DNA of 64,000 bases from a virus (IMGVR_UViG_3300028591_000079:32001-96000), one strand, 5' to 3'. Positions 20,167 through 29,716 are shown, numbered from the stretch's first letter. Notes: a model not told the origin generated them from the letters alone. Program-made: numbers and translations.

Positions 20167-20555
20167 AATAAAAACTCCATTATTTTATTTATATTAGAAA
20201 CAAAACCAACAATCCTATTATCTTCCAACAACACAATAAACTTTTTTGGTTGTTCAAATTTTACATAGTCATAATCATCTTTTGCTATACTATTAAAACA
20301 CGATCCACTTTTATTTGTTATATACCAAGTTGTCGTTTTTTCGTTTACTTTCCATGTATCGCTTCTATTATAAAATTTTGTAAAAGCAGCCATTACTCCA
20401 TTACTATTAGAAAACCAAAACCATTTATCCATACTTAGTCCAGATTCCCAAGTGCAAAGCTTGCAACAAAAAACCCCCTCAATAGGTACAACCAAACAAG
20501 AAGTCCATCTATTTTTCCCATCTGTCATATTCCATATCCAATCGTATTTATCCAT
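20163..20555 (-). CDS. orphan with tail IMEFLL
   Basis: Tail motif. Confidence 0.7.
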   Translation of the reverse strand: MDKYDWIWNMTDGKNRWTSCLVVPIEGVFCCKLCTWESGLSMDKWFWFSNSNGVMAAFTKFYNRSDTWKVNEKTTTWYITNKSGSCFNSIAKDDYDYVKFEQPKKFIVLLEDNRIVGFVSNINKIMEFLL

Positions 20556-20558
20556 TTC

Positions 20559-20927
20559 TCACTCCAATAACATTTCTAATATTGTAACATGTGAATCTTT
20601 TGCTAATTTTGCATCGTACATATATAAAAAGTCTTCAAGAGCATTATTATAACTCATTGTTTTTCCACAAGTTTTCCAATCTGAACTTATATTTTCACCA
20701 GCATAAGTTGTATAATACATTACTTTTCTATTTTGGTTCATTGTTTTTATTGTTGGCCAAACTTTTCTTATGTGTGATTGTGGTAAATGTTCATAATTGT
20801 TGCTTCTTATAAAATCACCCTCCCACTTGTTACCATTAATATCAACCATAAACCTATTACCCATCTCGTCTTTCTCCCAATGGTCTATTTTTACATAATG
20901 CTTCCAAGATGTTAGTTTTGTCACCAT
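20559..20927 (-). CDS. orphan with tail ILEMLLE
   Basis: Tail motif; follows promoter. Confidence 0.7.
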   Translation of the reverse strand: MVTKLTSWKHYVKIDHWEKDEMGNRFMVDINGNKWEGDFIRSNNYEHLPQSHIRKVWPTIKTMNQNRKVMYYTTYAGENISSDWKTCGKTMSYNNALEDFLYMYDAKLAKDSHVTILEMLLE

Positions 20928-20943
20928 TTTTCCTTTTTAACCT

Positions 20944-20971
20944 ATTCTATCATGTTTAATTCTTAACTCAA
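20944..20971 (-). promoter_or_regulatory. phage promoter (AATTAAA-spacer class)
   Basis: TTGAGT-TAAGAATTAAACATGA-TAGAAT. Confidence 0.7.
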
Positions 20972-21169
20972 CAACATTTCTAAAACTTCATCTACCCCTT
21001 TCCAATCATTATGAGGGTTTCTTGTCAAAATAGCTATTGTCATCTCACACAAACAGTCTCTAAGTAACCATTCTAATACAAAGCGTTTATCACCCAACTC
21101 CCTTCCTTGAGCTGCATACCAAACCATTTGTGTTATATCTTCTCCTGTTGTTGTTATTCTTCTAACCAT
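20963..21169 (-). CDS. orphan with tail VLEMLLS
   Basis: Tail motif; start uncertain. Confidence 0.6.
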   Translation of the reverse strand: MVRRITTTGEDITQMVWYAAQGRELGDKRFVLEWLLRDCLCEMTIAILTRNPHNDWKGVDEVLEMLLS

Positions 21170-21381
21170 TTTTCTATATCTTCTTTTTTTACTCTTTCTA
21201 CCCAAACCTCCCAGCAACAAGGAACATTGGTACTATCTTCTGTTTTTACCCAATACCCCGCTTTTTCAATATATCTTACATGTAGTCTTTCTTTCAATTC
21301 TTCTGTGAGCTCGACAAAAACATAATACCAATAACCATCGTATCTTGAATTAACTTTATATTTAGCTTTCTTTAAAATCAT
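21154..21381 (-). CDS. orphan, paralog of 21971-22213, tail IEKWLEE
   Basis: AKYKV..YD.Y.Y.VFV.L shared. Confidence 0.7.
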   Translation of the reverse strand: MILKKAKYKVNSRYDGYWYYVFVELTEELKERLHVRYIEKAGYWVKTEDSTNVPCCWEVWVERVKKEDIEKWLEE

Positions 21382-21656
21382 TTTAGTAACTCTTCTAATA
21401 TTTTTTCTATACCAACGCAAGTCTCTTTACAGTCTATTATGCTTATTATTCCTTCTGCTCTTTTTTTATCTACCAATGCCCAATTCTTCTTTTTTATTAG
21501 TGACAATGTGGTTTTTAGGTTTGGATTTGAATGATACAATGATGTTCTATATTGTATGCGATCAAGAGGAAAATTACTTATATACCATTCGCGAGTAGCT
21601 TTTCTTCCTGTTCCTTCTAAATATGTCTCACAATAAAGAAGCTCAATCAATTCCAT
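21378..21656 (-). CDS. orphan, paralog of 21687-21968, tail ILEELLK
   Basis: WAL....AE...SIID shared. Confidence 0.7.
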   Translation of the reverse strand: MELIELLYCETYLEGTGRKATREWYISNFPLDRIQYRTSLYHSNPNLKTTLSLIKKKNWALVDKKRAEGIISIIDCKETCVGIEKILEELLK

Positions 21657-21686
21657 CTATTTTTCCCTTATATAATGCCTTTCTTA

Positions 21687-21968
21687 TTATTTTAGTAGCT
21701 CCCTCAATATTAGATTTACTTTTATTATAGGACAACCTTCTCTATATTCATCATCAATTATACTTAAGGCTTCTGCATCTTCTTCTGGTATTAAAGCCCA
21801 ACCATTATACTCTCCATATTCCGCCAGTCGTCTTGTGTTAAATCGTAAAAAGCCATTTAAATTTCTATTTATAATATATACACCTTTCCCAGTATAATAT
21901 TCTATCACCGGCCTTGCTTCTATCCAGTTAGTTGTTTTCGTATAATAATAAAGCTTTACCAGTATCAT
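21687..21968 (-). CDS. orphan with tail ILRELLK
   Basis: Paralog of 21378-21656. Confidence 0.7.
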   Translation of the reverse strand: MILVKLYYYTKTTNWIEARPVIEYYTGKGVYIINRNLNGFLRFNTRRLAEYGEYNGWALIPEEDAEALSIIDDEYREGCPIIKVNLILRELLK

Positions 21969-21970
21969 TT

Positions 21971-22213
21971 TTATTCCAACCATTTATTTATTTGTCTATC
22001 TGTTACTTTATGTGTCAAATGCTCAAAACAATATCTCTCAAGGTTGTCTGGATTGGGCGCTTTCTCATCTACCCAAACCCAATAATCATCTAATTTTACA
22101 GCTTTTTTTACGCTCAACCAAGATTTTATATCATCATCCAAATCCACAAATACAAGATAAGTATAACAATCATATTCAGACCAAACCTTGTATTTTGCTT
22201 GTCTTATTGCCAT
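21971..22213 (-). CDS. orphan with tail INKWLE
   Basis: Paralog of 21154-21381. Confidence 0.7.
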   Translation of the reverse strand: MAIRQAKYKVWSEYDCYTYLVFVDLDDDIKSWLSVKKAVKLDDYWVWVDEKAPNPDNLERYCFEHLTHKVTDRQINKWLE

Positions 22214-22593
22214 CTGTTTTTACCATTTATTTTAGCTAATTCTGCTCTTGTTATTACTTTCAAATTACTTAACTCATTGTTCATAGGGTCTCCGTCTATA
22301 TGATAAATGACTTCTAACCTATCTAACTTTCTACCCAATTCTTTTTCCATCAGCCATTTAGCATAACTTACTCGCTTTTGATGCATATAGACTTTACCAT
22401 TACGACTTCTAATTGGTGTCTTTTCTTCACTAACACACACTAATTGATCTTTTCCTTGCATAACTTTACCAATATGTCTCTTAGATTCTGCATCTTCTTT
22501 AGTAAAACTTGTGCAATTGGCTCCCATATACCCAAACAGGCCTTTATTCCAAGTCTTATGCCCTTTTATAAATTGTCCACTATTAGTTTTCAT
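22204..22593 (-). CDS. HNH-family endonuclease
   Basis: GQFIKGHKTWNKG N-terminal motif; VIYHIDGDPMNNELSNL. Confidence 0.8.
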   Translation of the reverse strand: MKTNSGQFIKGHKTWNKGLFGYMGANCTSFTKEDAESKRHIGKVMQGKDQLVCVSEEKTPIRSRNGKVYMHQKRVSYAKWLMEKELGRKLDRLEVIYHIDGDPMNNELSNLKVITRAELAKINGKNRWQ

Positions 22594-23020
22594 GTTTTTT
22601 CTTCCAGTTTAAGTACATTTTCATATTATCTGATTTTTCTTTTGATTTTTCTTCGGCTCTTTCAACACTGGTAGCCACAATGCCCAAACCACCTTTTTTA
22701 TTCCAAACAAATTTATCATAGGAAAAACAAAATTCCATACCTTTATTCATTACTAAGTTATAAAAGTAATCAAAGTCAGCCTGTTTATTGATCATACGGC
22801 TAACCCATTCAAAAGCAACAATAATATCTGTACCATACTTTGCAATAATCTTTTCCATACCTTTAGGCCCCAATGAATATGAACCTTTGCCTAGTACATA
22901 TATTTCTTTTTCCAAACCAGGCCCATAAACACTATCTACATATTCACCCAATTGAGATGCCCATTCTTCTGCTGTTACTGCACTGGTTTCTTTTACTACT
23001 AATATTACTTTTTTATTCAT
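22583..23020 (-). CDS. hypothetical protein, weak resemblance to serine-recombinase catalytic fold
   Basis: GMEKII..DIIVAFEWVSRM..LVMNKGMEF pattern; no canonical YxRVS motif. Confidence 0.45.
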   Translation of the reverse strand: MNKKVILVVKETSAVTAEEWASQLGEYVDSVYGPGLEKEIYVLGKGSYSLGPKGMEKIIAKYGTDIIVAFEWVSRMINKQADFDYFYNLVMNKGMEFCFSYDKFVWNKKGGLGIVATSVERAEEKSKEKSDNMKMYLNWKKKHEN

Positions 23021-23042
23021 ATTGGCTCCTTTTGATACTACT

Positions 23043-23070
23043 ATTATACCAAATTTAATTATTATGTCAA
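23043..23070 (-). promoter_or_regulatory. phage promoter (AATTAAA-spacer class)
   Basis: TTGACA-TAATAATTAAATTTGG-TATAAT. Confidence 0.85.
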
Positions 23071-23393
23071 AACAACAGGCGCTCTAATAATTTTGACCTT
23101 TCTATTATTTTTCCTTCATAAACTCTACGATATAAAAAAGAATTTAGATCATTACTCTTTTTGTAAACTATCATTAAGTCTTCTTGTTTTATTTCAGCTC
23201 CAACTTTATATTCCATTCCATCTTTTAGTTTCAGTCCATTATTTGCATAGGTTGGTTCAGATTCTGTATGTTTACTACCTATACATTCCCATGATGATGT
23301 GTTTTCCCTTTCCCATACCAAATTATCTTCATCCACATAGGCTTTCATACGATCTATATACCTAACTATGTTCTTAATTCTGTATCCACTCAT
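23067..23393 (-). CDS. orphan with tail LLERLLF
   Basis: Tail motif. Confidence 0.7.
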   Translation of the reverse strand: MSGYRIKNIVRYIDRMKAYVDEDNLVWERENTSSWECIGSKHTESEPTYANNGLKLKDGMEYKVGAEIKQEDLMIVYKKSNDLNSFLYRRVYEGKIIERSKLLERLLF

Positions 23394-23518
23394 TTCAACC
23401 ACCAATCCAATACCAATTTTTCTAATTCTTCACTCAACCTTCCCATCTTCTTTGCATATATGATTGATCCAATATCCAAACTACCAAGAAAATGAGCCCA
23501 TATATCTTCTGTATTCAT
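23390..23518 (-). CDS. 42-aa orphan with tail VLDWWLK (not in ORF track)
   Basis: Manual translation MNTEDIWAHF...EKLVLDWWLK; stop overlaps next ATG. Confidence 0.6.
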   Translation of the reverse strand: MNTEDIWAHFLGSLDIGSIIYAKKMGRLSEELEKLVLDWWLK

Positions 23519-23599
23519 TTTTATTTCCTTTTGGATATCCTTATATCTAAATTCAAAAAATCTCTCTGTACGGTCAAATTTACTACTATAACGTTCATT

Positions 23600-23917
23600 T
23601 TATTCTAACAACCTATCTATAATCTGTTCTGGCCCAAAATAAAAGTTCCAACCCCAATGACCGATACTTATTGTTCCATAGTAATCAAAACTCAAAATAC
23701 CATGTTGTACCGTATGATCTACTCCAACACCTACTAACAACCAAAAATCTGCAGGTGTCCAATCATATTTATCAAGATCATATTTTTCACATACACCATT
23801 ACCAATAACTTTTATTTCAGAGGCCGTCTCAAATACATCTCTATCAGACTTAACATATTTAAGCTCTGCAATATCTTTCTTTCTTATAATGGCTTTGACT
23901 TTTACTAATTTTATCAT
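23600..23917 (-). CDS. orphan with tail IIDRLLE
   Basis: Tail motif. Confidence 0.7.
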   Translation of the reverse strand: MIKLVKVKAIIRKKDIAELKYVKSDRDVFETASEIKVIGNGVCEKYDLDKYDWTPADFWLLVGVGVDHTVQHGILSFDYYGTISIGHWGWNFYFGPEQIIDRLLE

Positions 23918-24048
23918 TTCAACAGCTCTTCTAGTATAAAACCTGTATTGACGACCATTAAACTACCTGAGCTCTTCTCTTTGTTTTCCATACATATTAC
24001 CCAGAAACCAGGCTCCGTTGTTGCTCTTATACTTGTTATTGTATTCAT
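23914..24048 (-). CDS. 44-aa orphan with tail ILEELLK (not in ORF track)
   Basis: Manual translation MNTITSIRATTEPG...FILEELLK; ATGA overlaps at both ends. Confidence 0.7.
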   Translation of the reverse strand: MNTITSIRATTEPGFWVICMENKEKSSGSLMVVNTGFILEELLK

Positions 24049-24332
24049 TCTAACAAACTCCCAATTTCTTTTATTTGATCCAACCCATACCCCATCAAAA
24101 CCCTTCCAGGTACCTCTAATTCATTTCCATATTTTTTCAATTCTATTATAACATGCTCTTTACATTCTTCAAAATTAAAATCGCTACGTTGAAAACCAGT
24201 GGTCCCAAAAAATATCCACCAACGACCCCTAAATTTTATCATATGTGAGTTGTCTTCATCTAAAACATAGGCGGCTAATTTTTTATCTTTCTTCCAATAT
24301 ATCTTCCAAAATACTTTATAAACACGATTCAT
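24045..24332 (-). CDS. orphan with tail IGSLLE
   Basis: Tail motif. Confidence 0.7.
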   Translation of the reverse strand: MNRVYKVFWKIYWKKDKKLAAYVLDEDNSHMIKFRGRWWIFFGTTGFQRSDFNFEECKEHVIIELKKYGNELEVPGRVLMGYGLDQIKEIGSLLE

Positions 24333-24655
24333 CTTAGCCACCTATTGATTATTACACCCTTATCTTTTTCAGTTAGTTCATCATTTTCACTCATAAAATC
24401 CATATAATTACCATCCTCAAAATCAAAATACTCTAGGCAGTCTTCTAAACATCCCCTAAACAATTCTTTTCCACCAACTCTATAAACAACCCACCTATCC
24501 TCTTCGATTTTATGTTTATATGTACTACTCCAACGCTCTATTTCTTTGTATATTCCATTTTTCCATTTTTGAATTTTATTAGGTCCACCCAGTTCATTAG
24601 ATAAAACACACCAGCCATCACCCAATTCTTTCCAAATCCTTAACATCAAAATCAT
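24329..24655 (-). CDS. orphan with tail IINRWLR
   Basis: Tail motif; AAGGAGG SD. Confidence 0.7.
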   Translation of the reverse strand: MILMLRIWKELGDGWCVLSNELGGPNKIQKWKNGIYKEIERWSSTYKHKIEEDRWVVYRVGGKELFRGCLEDCLEYFDFEDGNYMDFMSENDELTEKDKGVIINRWLR

Positions 24656-24778
24656 CTAACAACCTCCTTAATATTTCTTTTTTTATTTTTTCTAGTCCAA
24701 TTTGTTCAATATATACACTACTTATTTCTTTGTTATAATAATTCGCCAATACACCAACCCAAAAAGACACATCAAAAC

Positions 24779-25099
24779 TCATTTCAACAACTCTTCTATC
24801 ATTTCTTCAACATTAATCCATAAAGACTTTATTTCTCCTAATTTTTCTAACCAATCTCCAGTCTTTTCAATCGTAAACTCACAATAAATCAATGCATATT
24901 TGTTTGATACTGGTTTATATTTTCCTTCCCAAAACTTATTTCCAAGACCAACATTCCATCCTATATCATCTGTTTTTGGACTTACCCAAGATGTACCATC
25001 AACAGACCAATCCCATATCCATCTATTGTCTTCGGTCACAAAACCCTCCATTCCGTTTCTATTATCAAACACTCCAATACATTTTACAAGTAGATACAT
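24779..25099 (-). CDS. orphan with tail MIEELLK
   Basis: Tail motif. Confidence 0.7.
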   Translation of the reverse strand: MYLLVKCIGVFDNRNGMEGFVTEDNRWIWDWSVDGTSWVSPKTDDIGWNVGLGNKFWEGKYKPVSNKYALIYCEFTIEKTGDWLEKLGEIKSLWINVEEMIEELLK

Positions 25100-25180
25100 A
25101 GTTCAAGTCTTTTCTTTTATTAATTTTCTTTTTAATTTAAATTTTAATATTAATTTAATTAAATATATTAATTAAACAAA

Positions 25181-26041
25181 TTATCCTTTCTTTACGAGTT
25201 TCACCATGTTATCTAATTCCTCATAAGTTCCTTCAACGATTAAGCTTCCATACTCATTAGGTTTACCGCATATCGCCTCTATCCACTTCAATTCTTTATC
25301 CTCTTCTCCATGAAACAATTCCCAGTAATTAAATTCGACACGATATATTTCATTACCTAAATCTACCACTTGACAACAATTTCTGCCCAGTTTTTCTATA
25401 CCTTCATCTCCTTCTTGTAAAAATAATTTGGCAACTTTTACTTCTTTACTTGTTGATTCTATTTTATTTGTTATTTCTTTTATGGTTGATTCACTTACTA
25501 TTCCATCATAATCTGTTTCAATTTCATAATCATCCATCCAATTAAAGTTTATCAATCTGTAAGGAATACCATCTCTGCGATTCATTATAAGCTTTTCTTT
25601 TCCAATTTCTCCATCCAAAACTATATCAACACTTAAATTTGCCATCTCGTCATCTGAATCAACAAGAAGATCAATTTCAAATCCAACATGATATATTTCA
25701 CTTCTTTTGTTATATAATCTTCTCAAATACTTGCATACATCTTCTTCTTCAATAAAAACACCAATGTCACCTAAAAAACTGTCCACCCACTTGTTTATAA
25801 ATCCATCATCATAGTCTTTATTGTATGTTTTTTTCCCTCTTTTCAAATACTTACCCTCAAATCTGCCAAAAATTTTTAAATTCCATTCCAACACTTCCCT
25901 TAATGTAACATATATAAAACAATTATCTTGACCTTTAGTGTCCAGATCTACCCCAAAGAAATCTCCACAATCAAACTCTTTATCTCCAAAAACCTTCTTC
26001 TTCAAAATATCTATAACTTTTTCATACATATAACAACTCAT
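25181..26041 (-). CDS. 286-aa protein, paralog of 53854-54714
   Basis: Shared WVxSFL.DI, YLR.L.NK, AKLF, GTYEE...M..LVK. Confidence 0.8.
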   Translation of the reverse strand: MSCYMYEKVIDILKKKVFGDKEFDCGDFFGVDLDTKGQDNCFIYVTLREVLEWNLKIFGRFEGKYLKRGKKTYNKDYDDGFINKWVDSFLGDIGVFIEEEDVCKYLRRLYNKRSEIYHVGFEIDLLVDSDDEMANLSVDIVLDGEIGKEKLIMNRRDGIPYRLINFNWMDDYEIETDYDGIVSESTIKEITNKIESTSKEVKVAKLFLQEGDEGIEKLGRNCCQVVDLGNEIYRVEFNYWELFHGEEDKELKWIEAICGKPNEYGSLIVEGTYEELDNMVKLVKKG

Positions 26042-26205
26042 TTTAATACCTCTTCTAAATACCCTTCCAATGTTCTTGTTGCAATTACATAATCTTCACC
26101 AAACCGATTATAATACGTTACATACTTTGCCGGACCAGTTACCCACACAATTATATTTTTTCCGTTTCCCAATCCAGCTAAAAACTCTCCAACATATCCG
26201 TTCAT
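26038..26205 (-). CDS. 55-aa orphan with tail YLEEVLK (not in ORF track)
   Basis: Manual translation MNGYVGEFLAG...GYLEEVLK. Confidence 0.6.
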   Translation of the reverse strand: MNGYVGEFLAGLGNGKNIIVWVTGPAKYVTYYNRFGEDYVIATRTLEGYLEEVLK

Positions 26206-26371
26206 CTACCACCTGCCATCATTAATAAACTTAGACAAATCATCCCCCATCCAAATATAAACAAGCCAAATCCCTCACTAATATACCCCCACTGCTTCTT
26301 TTCTATATACATACCAATAAATAACCCTACAAAAAATAATATCACAATCCCAATCGCTAACAACATAATAA

Positions 26372-27100
26372 CTACCCCCTTACTAAATTTACCATTGTTT
26401 CTAATTCTTCAAAATCATCAAACTCTATTATTTTCCTACCATCTTTTTCTATTGCCAGTGTTTCTAATCTGTCCCCATTCCATTCATCGCCCACTAATTC
26501 TAAATAATTCTCGTGTAACTTATATTTCTTAATCTTTTTATAATACGAAACATCAATAAATAAATCCCATATAAATTTCCACCTCTTATAATACTCTAAT
26601 GTTCCCTTCTCACATAATCTATCTAATGCATCTAAACATTCTTCATTAAACGCATAAATACCATTCCCATAATCAGATCCTACGCCTAAAAACTCCCCTA
26701 TCCTTATCGCATCATCACTACTGTTTATCATCAAGCATATCCTATTCCCATCATGCCTCGCCCATATGTTTACCATACCGTAGTTCTTCAATATCTCTTC
26801 GTTCAATTCCACTCTCTTCTTAACCCAATCACCCATCTCTATCAATCTTTCATTTTTCTCCAAGATATCTATAGCGTCTGTGTTTCTTCCACTTATTATA
26901 TCTTCTACCATGCCACTTATACTATCATACTCCCCACAAAATTTCCCACATACATATAAATACCTACCATCCCCTACAACAACCTCATTACAAAAACCAA
27001 ATACCTCCTCCCCAAAATAATAAGTCCCATTACAATAAACTATCCCACTCTGTGACTCTAACCATTTTCTTCCTAACTCTAAATGCTCTTCTATCGTCAT
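26372..27100 (-). CDS. 242-aa protein, probable paralog of 51457-52194
   Basis: Ends FEELETMVNLVRG. Confidence 0.75.
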   Translation of the reverse strand: MTIEEHLELGRKWLESQSGIVYCNGTYYFGEEVFGFCNEVVVGDGRYLYVCGKFCGEYDSISGMVEDIISGRNTDAIDILEKNERLIEMGDWVKKRVELNEEILKNYGMVNIWARHDGNRICLMINSSDDAIRIGEFLGVGSDYGNGIYAFNEECLDALDRLCEKGTLEYYKRWKFIWDLFIDVSYYKKIKKYKLHENYLELVGDEWNGDRLETLAIEKDGRKIIEFDDFEELETMVNLVRG

Positions 27101-27135
27101 AATTTTATCCTTTTTAATAACATTCCTTTGTATTT

Positions 27136-27909
27136 TTATGATTTACTATTTGGACTGTTGGGATATAACTCATCTAAAAAATTGCTTTTCATATATCCAC
27201 GTTTCACTCCCTTAAACATAGTACTTAAATAAAACATCCCAGACCTTTCTTCTGTCTCACTATTACTATAACACTTCAACTCCTTTACAAAAAATAAACA
27301 TATCCCTTCTTTATCATACACATATCTCACATCTATTGAATCATGCTCTAAATCAAATTCATCAATAAGCCACCGTACACCTTCACACACCTTCCGTACT
27401 AATCCTACCTCGTCTTCATTATTGTATCTCGGTATTAGTAAGTGTAAATGCCAAAAACTACTCTCACCACGATCCATACACCCAATAAAATGTAACGGAT
27501 GCCTTCTCCAATTTTTCCCATATAAATGACACTCAAAACTACCTACCAATTTTTTATATCTCTCAAATGCTTCTTCACACTTCCTCGTCTTTTCTATCCC
27601 CTGTATATTTTTTGTTGGTAATGTCATAGTAATAAGAAGCGTGTAATCTAACCCTATCAATTTGTTATACCATCCGCTTTGATAATTGTTTATATTCACT
27701 CTATGTTCACGATATGCTTCCCCAAATACACTCTTATTATATAAACAATATTCTTCTCTTATTATCTTGTCTATTAATTCTGCATTGTCTTCCATATCTT
27801 TATTTGCCCTTTTGTTTTGTTCTTTTTTGAGAAGGGTTAGGTTTAGCTTATAGATGCGATCCCCTAACTCACCCGAAAGTCCATAATTAATCTCTTTATT
27901 CCTTCTCAA
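27136..27909 (-). CDS. HUH-motif (Rep-like) protein
   Basis: LITMTL (motif I-like), WHLHLLI (HUH), FFVKE (motif III position, Tyr absent). Confidence 0.55.
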   Translation of the reverse strand: MRRNKEINYGLSGELGDRIYKLNLTLLKKEQNKRANKDMEDNAELIDKIIREEYCLYNKSVFGEAYREHRVNINNYQSGWYNKLIGLDYTLLITMTLPTKNIQGIEKTRKCEEAFERYKKLVGSFECHLYGKNWRRHPLHFIGCMDRGESSFWHLHLLIPRYNNEDEVGLVRKVCEGVRWLIDEFDLEHDSIDVRYVYDKEGICLFFVKELKCYSNSETEERSGMFYLSTMFKGVKRGYMKSNFLDELYPNSPNSKS

Positions 27910-27921
27910 AACTCTTTCTAC

Positions 27922-28251
27922 TTATTTCATTAATACTTCTAACCACTCTTTCTTTGCTTTACTATCTACAAAATATATCCCCACACCTTTCTTTATATAC
28001 TTCACTAAATCCCATACCGTTATATCTTTTACCCTCTTCAATATCGCATCCCCATATCTGCGTCCACCACCTTTTTCACATATACACCCCTTACCGTCAG
28101 CCCCAATAAATATATATAATCCACCAGCCTTTACTTTATAATCATCACCATACCAAGGATCTTTATAATAAACATACATATCACGCCCAAAACCAAATCC
28201 CTCTAGCTCTATTATATCATCATCTACTAATCTTACTTCCTTATAACTCAT
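27922..28251 (-). CDS. orphan with tail WLEVLMK
   Basis: Tail motif. Confidence 0.7.
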   Translation of the reverse strand: MSYKEVRLVDDDIIELEGFGFGRDMYVYYKDPWYGDDYKVKAGGLYIFIGADGKGCICEKGGGRRYGDAILKRVKDITVWDLVKYIKKGVGIYFVDSKAKKEWLEVLMK

Positions 28252-28274
28252 CTATCCACCCCCTTCTTACTTAA

Positions 28275-28601
28275 TCAAGCTTCATAATAATCAGTCGGTT
28301 TATAAAATTCAATGTCCTCCGCCCCGTCATATTCACTAATCCTAAATACCTTACCCTTCTCAACCCATATAACCGTCAAACCATCTACCCCACCATAATA
28401 CCCGTCTGCACCAAATAATTCCTCCGCCTTTTGTATTATCTCTTCTTCCCCTGCACCCCTTTCTACTAATTCTATAATCTCAGGACTAAATACCATCTCT
28501 TCAACTTTATCAGGAACCCCACACCAAGTACTCCAACCAGCCCCATACCCACATGAAATCAATACCCCAATCTTTCCATCACGTTCTACTTTCTTTACCA
28601 T
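28275..28601 (-). CDS. conserved phage hypothetical protein (GYGAGWSTW type)
   Basis: SCGYGAGWSTW and FRISEYDGAE motifs. Confidence 0.75.
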   Translation of the reverse strand: MVKKVERDGKIGVLISCGYGAGWSTWCGVPDKVEEMVFSPEIIELVERGAGEEEIIQKAEELFGADGYYGGVDGLTVIWVEKGKVFRISEYDGAEDIEFYKPTDYYEA

Positions 28602-28773
28602 ACCTAATCACCCCTTTTCGTTATATGTGCTTCGTTCCCTATAAGACCCATTTCATTCCCTAAACAGTCTCAAAACCCCATCAGTAAAGTGTCATCTCCC
28701 TATATCAATAAAAAGACTCTATATACACTAGACTAAACTACCCCTCATGCTGTTTTAGACTCTTTTTTCTTAT

Positions 28774-28801
28774 ACTTTACCATATTTAATTCCGCTAACA
28801 A
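28774..28801 (-). promoter_or_regulatory. promoter heading the left orphan block
   Basis: TTGTTA-GCGGAATTAAATATGG-TAAAGT. Confidence 0.6.
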
Positions 28802-28820
28802 CATTAATTATCCCATACCC

Positions 28821-28890
28821 CATTTAATACCATACACTACCATATCATACCATCTTCACCCATAACTATACATAACAATACATAAAAAAC
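28821..28890. repeat. seven degenerate 10-bp units each starting CAT
   Basis: catttaatac catacactac catatcatac catcttcacc cataactata cataacaata cataaaaaac. Confidence 0.7.
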
Positions 28891-28913
28891 CAAAGAAAAG
28901 CACCGAATAACAG

Positions 28914-29115
28914 GACTCTAAGGCTCAAAATAAGGACTCCAAAAGACTATAAAAAGGGACTCCAAAAGACTGAAAAAAGACTCCAAGGACTAATTAACAA
29001 CTGTTTTCAAAGCCTAAGTCCATTTTGAGTCTCATAGCACGCATTTAATTCTAGTCCTTTCAAAGTCTTATTCAGTCCGGCCCAAAGACTATTATAAGAC
29101 TTATTTTTATGGACT
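28914..29115. repeat. helically phased GACT/AGTC box array
   Basis: GACT at 28914, 28935, 28945, 28958, 28968, 28979, 28988; AGTC at 29017, 29028, 29053, 29064, 29074. Confidence 0.8.
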
Positions 29116-29502
29116 ATGAGATGGGATAAAAGTCTTGAATGTATAGTTGTGGCCCAAGATAATAAAAGTCTCTGTACGGTCAAAAAAAGTAGGTTTATGG
29201 AGACTTTGTATTTTTAGATTTTAGATGGGTGAGATTTTTTTATTATGAGTTGATAGTGGGGTGAGACTAATATATAGAGATGATGCGGTAATAAAAGAGA
29301 CTATATTAGGACTGGAGAGGACTATTAAAAGACTAAAAAGGGGAGTTTTGTATTGACAGATGTATATACAAAGGCAAGGAAATTCTTAAGAGGAAAAGGA
29401 AGGGGTAAAAAATAAAAAATGTAGTAAATTCAATAGATTAGAAAAAATAAGGCTAAAAAGTTTGTATAGACATTTGTATAGACATTATGAAGATTTGGGT
29501 AT

Positions 29503-29544
29503 AAAAAAGAAAAGTCCCGATCTAGGAGTAGTAAGATTGGGACT
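29503..29544 (-). terminator. intrinsic terminator of sRNA2
   Basis: AGTCCCAATCT..AGATCGGGACT then U-tract on minus strand. Confidence 0.75.
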
Positions 29545-29682
29545 AAAAAGGAGTTATGGAATATGTCTTAGGCCTAGAGGAGAGAGAATGTAGGAGGGAG
29601 ACTAGGACCTAAGACTTGTGTGTGTATATGAATGACTAAGAGGTACTATAAGTAAAACAAACCAGTCAAAACAAGAACACGC
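29503..29682 (-). ncRNA. predicted sRNA2 with anti-SD/anti-AUG loops
   Basis: Consensus promoter 29688-29716, hairpin 29565-29615, terminator; no convincing SD-led ORF seen on this strand. Confidence 0.6.
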
Positions 29683-29687
29683 GGTAG

Positions 29688-29716
29688 ATTATAGGATGGT
29701 TTAGGATGGGTGTCAA
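29688..29716 (-). promoter_or_regulatory. perfect sigma70 promoter
   Basis: TTGACA-17-TATAAT. Confidence 0.85.

Noticed and set aside
22583-23020. Active resolvase inverting the central segment
   Set aside because: Catalytic YxRVS motif is absent and resemblance is weak; no long inverted repeats seen at the boundaries
25107-25182. Nearly pure A/T tract as replication origin
   Set aside because: No flanking iterons or other support; compatible with an ordinary AT-rich intergenic region
18936-28251. Integron-like cassette array with DNA repeats at gene ends
   Set aside because: Junction similarity is at the amino-acid level with variable codons; no attC-like palindromes or integrase seen
29545-29612. 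Plus-strand mini-ORF MEYVLGLEERECRRETRT with perfect SD, and a plus-strand CsrB-like (GGA-rich) RNA reading
   Set aside because: No convincing plus-strand promoter found; consensus promoters and terminator U-tracts all point to the minus strand. Kept only as an alternative
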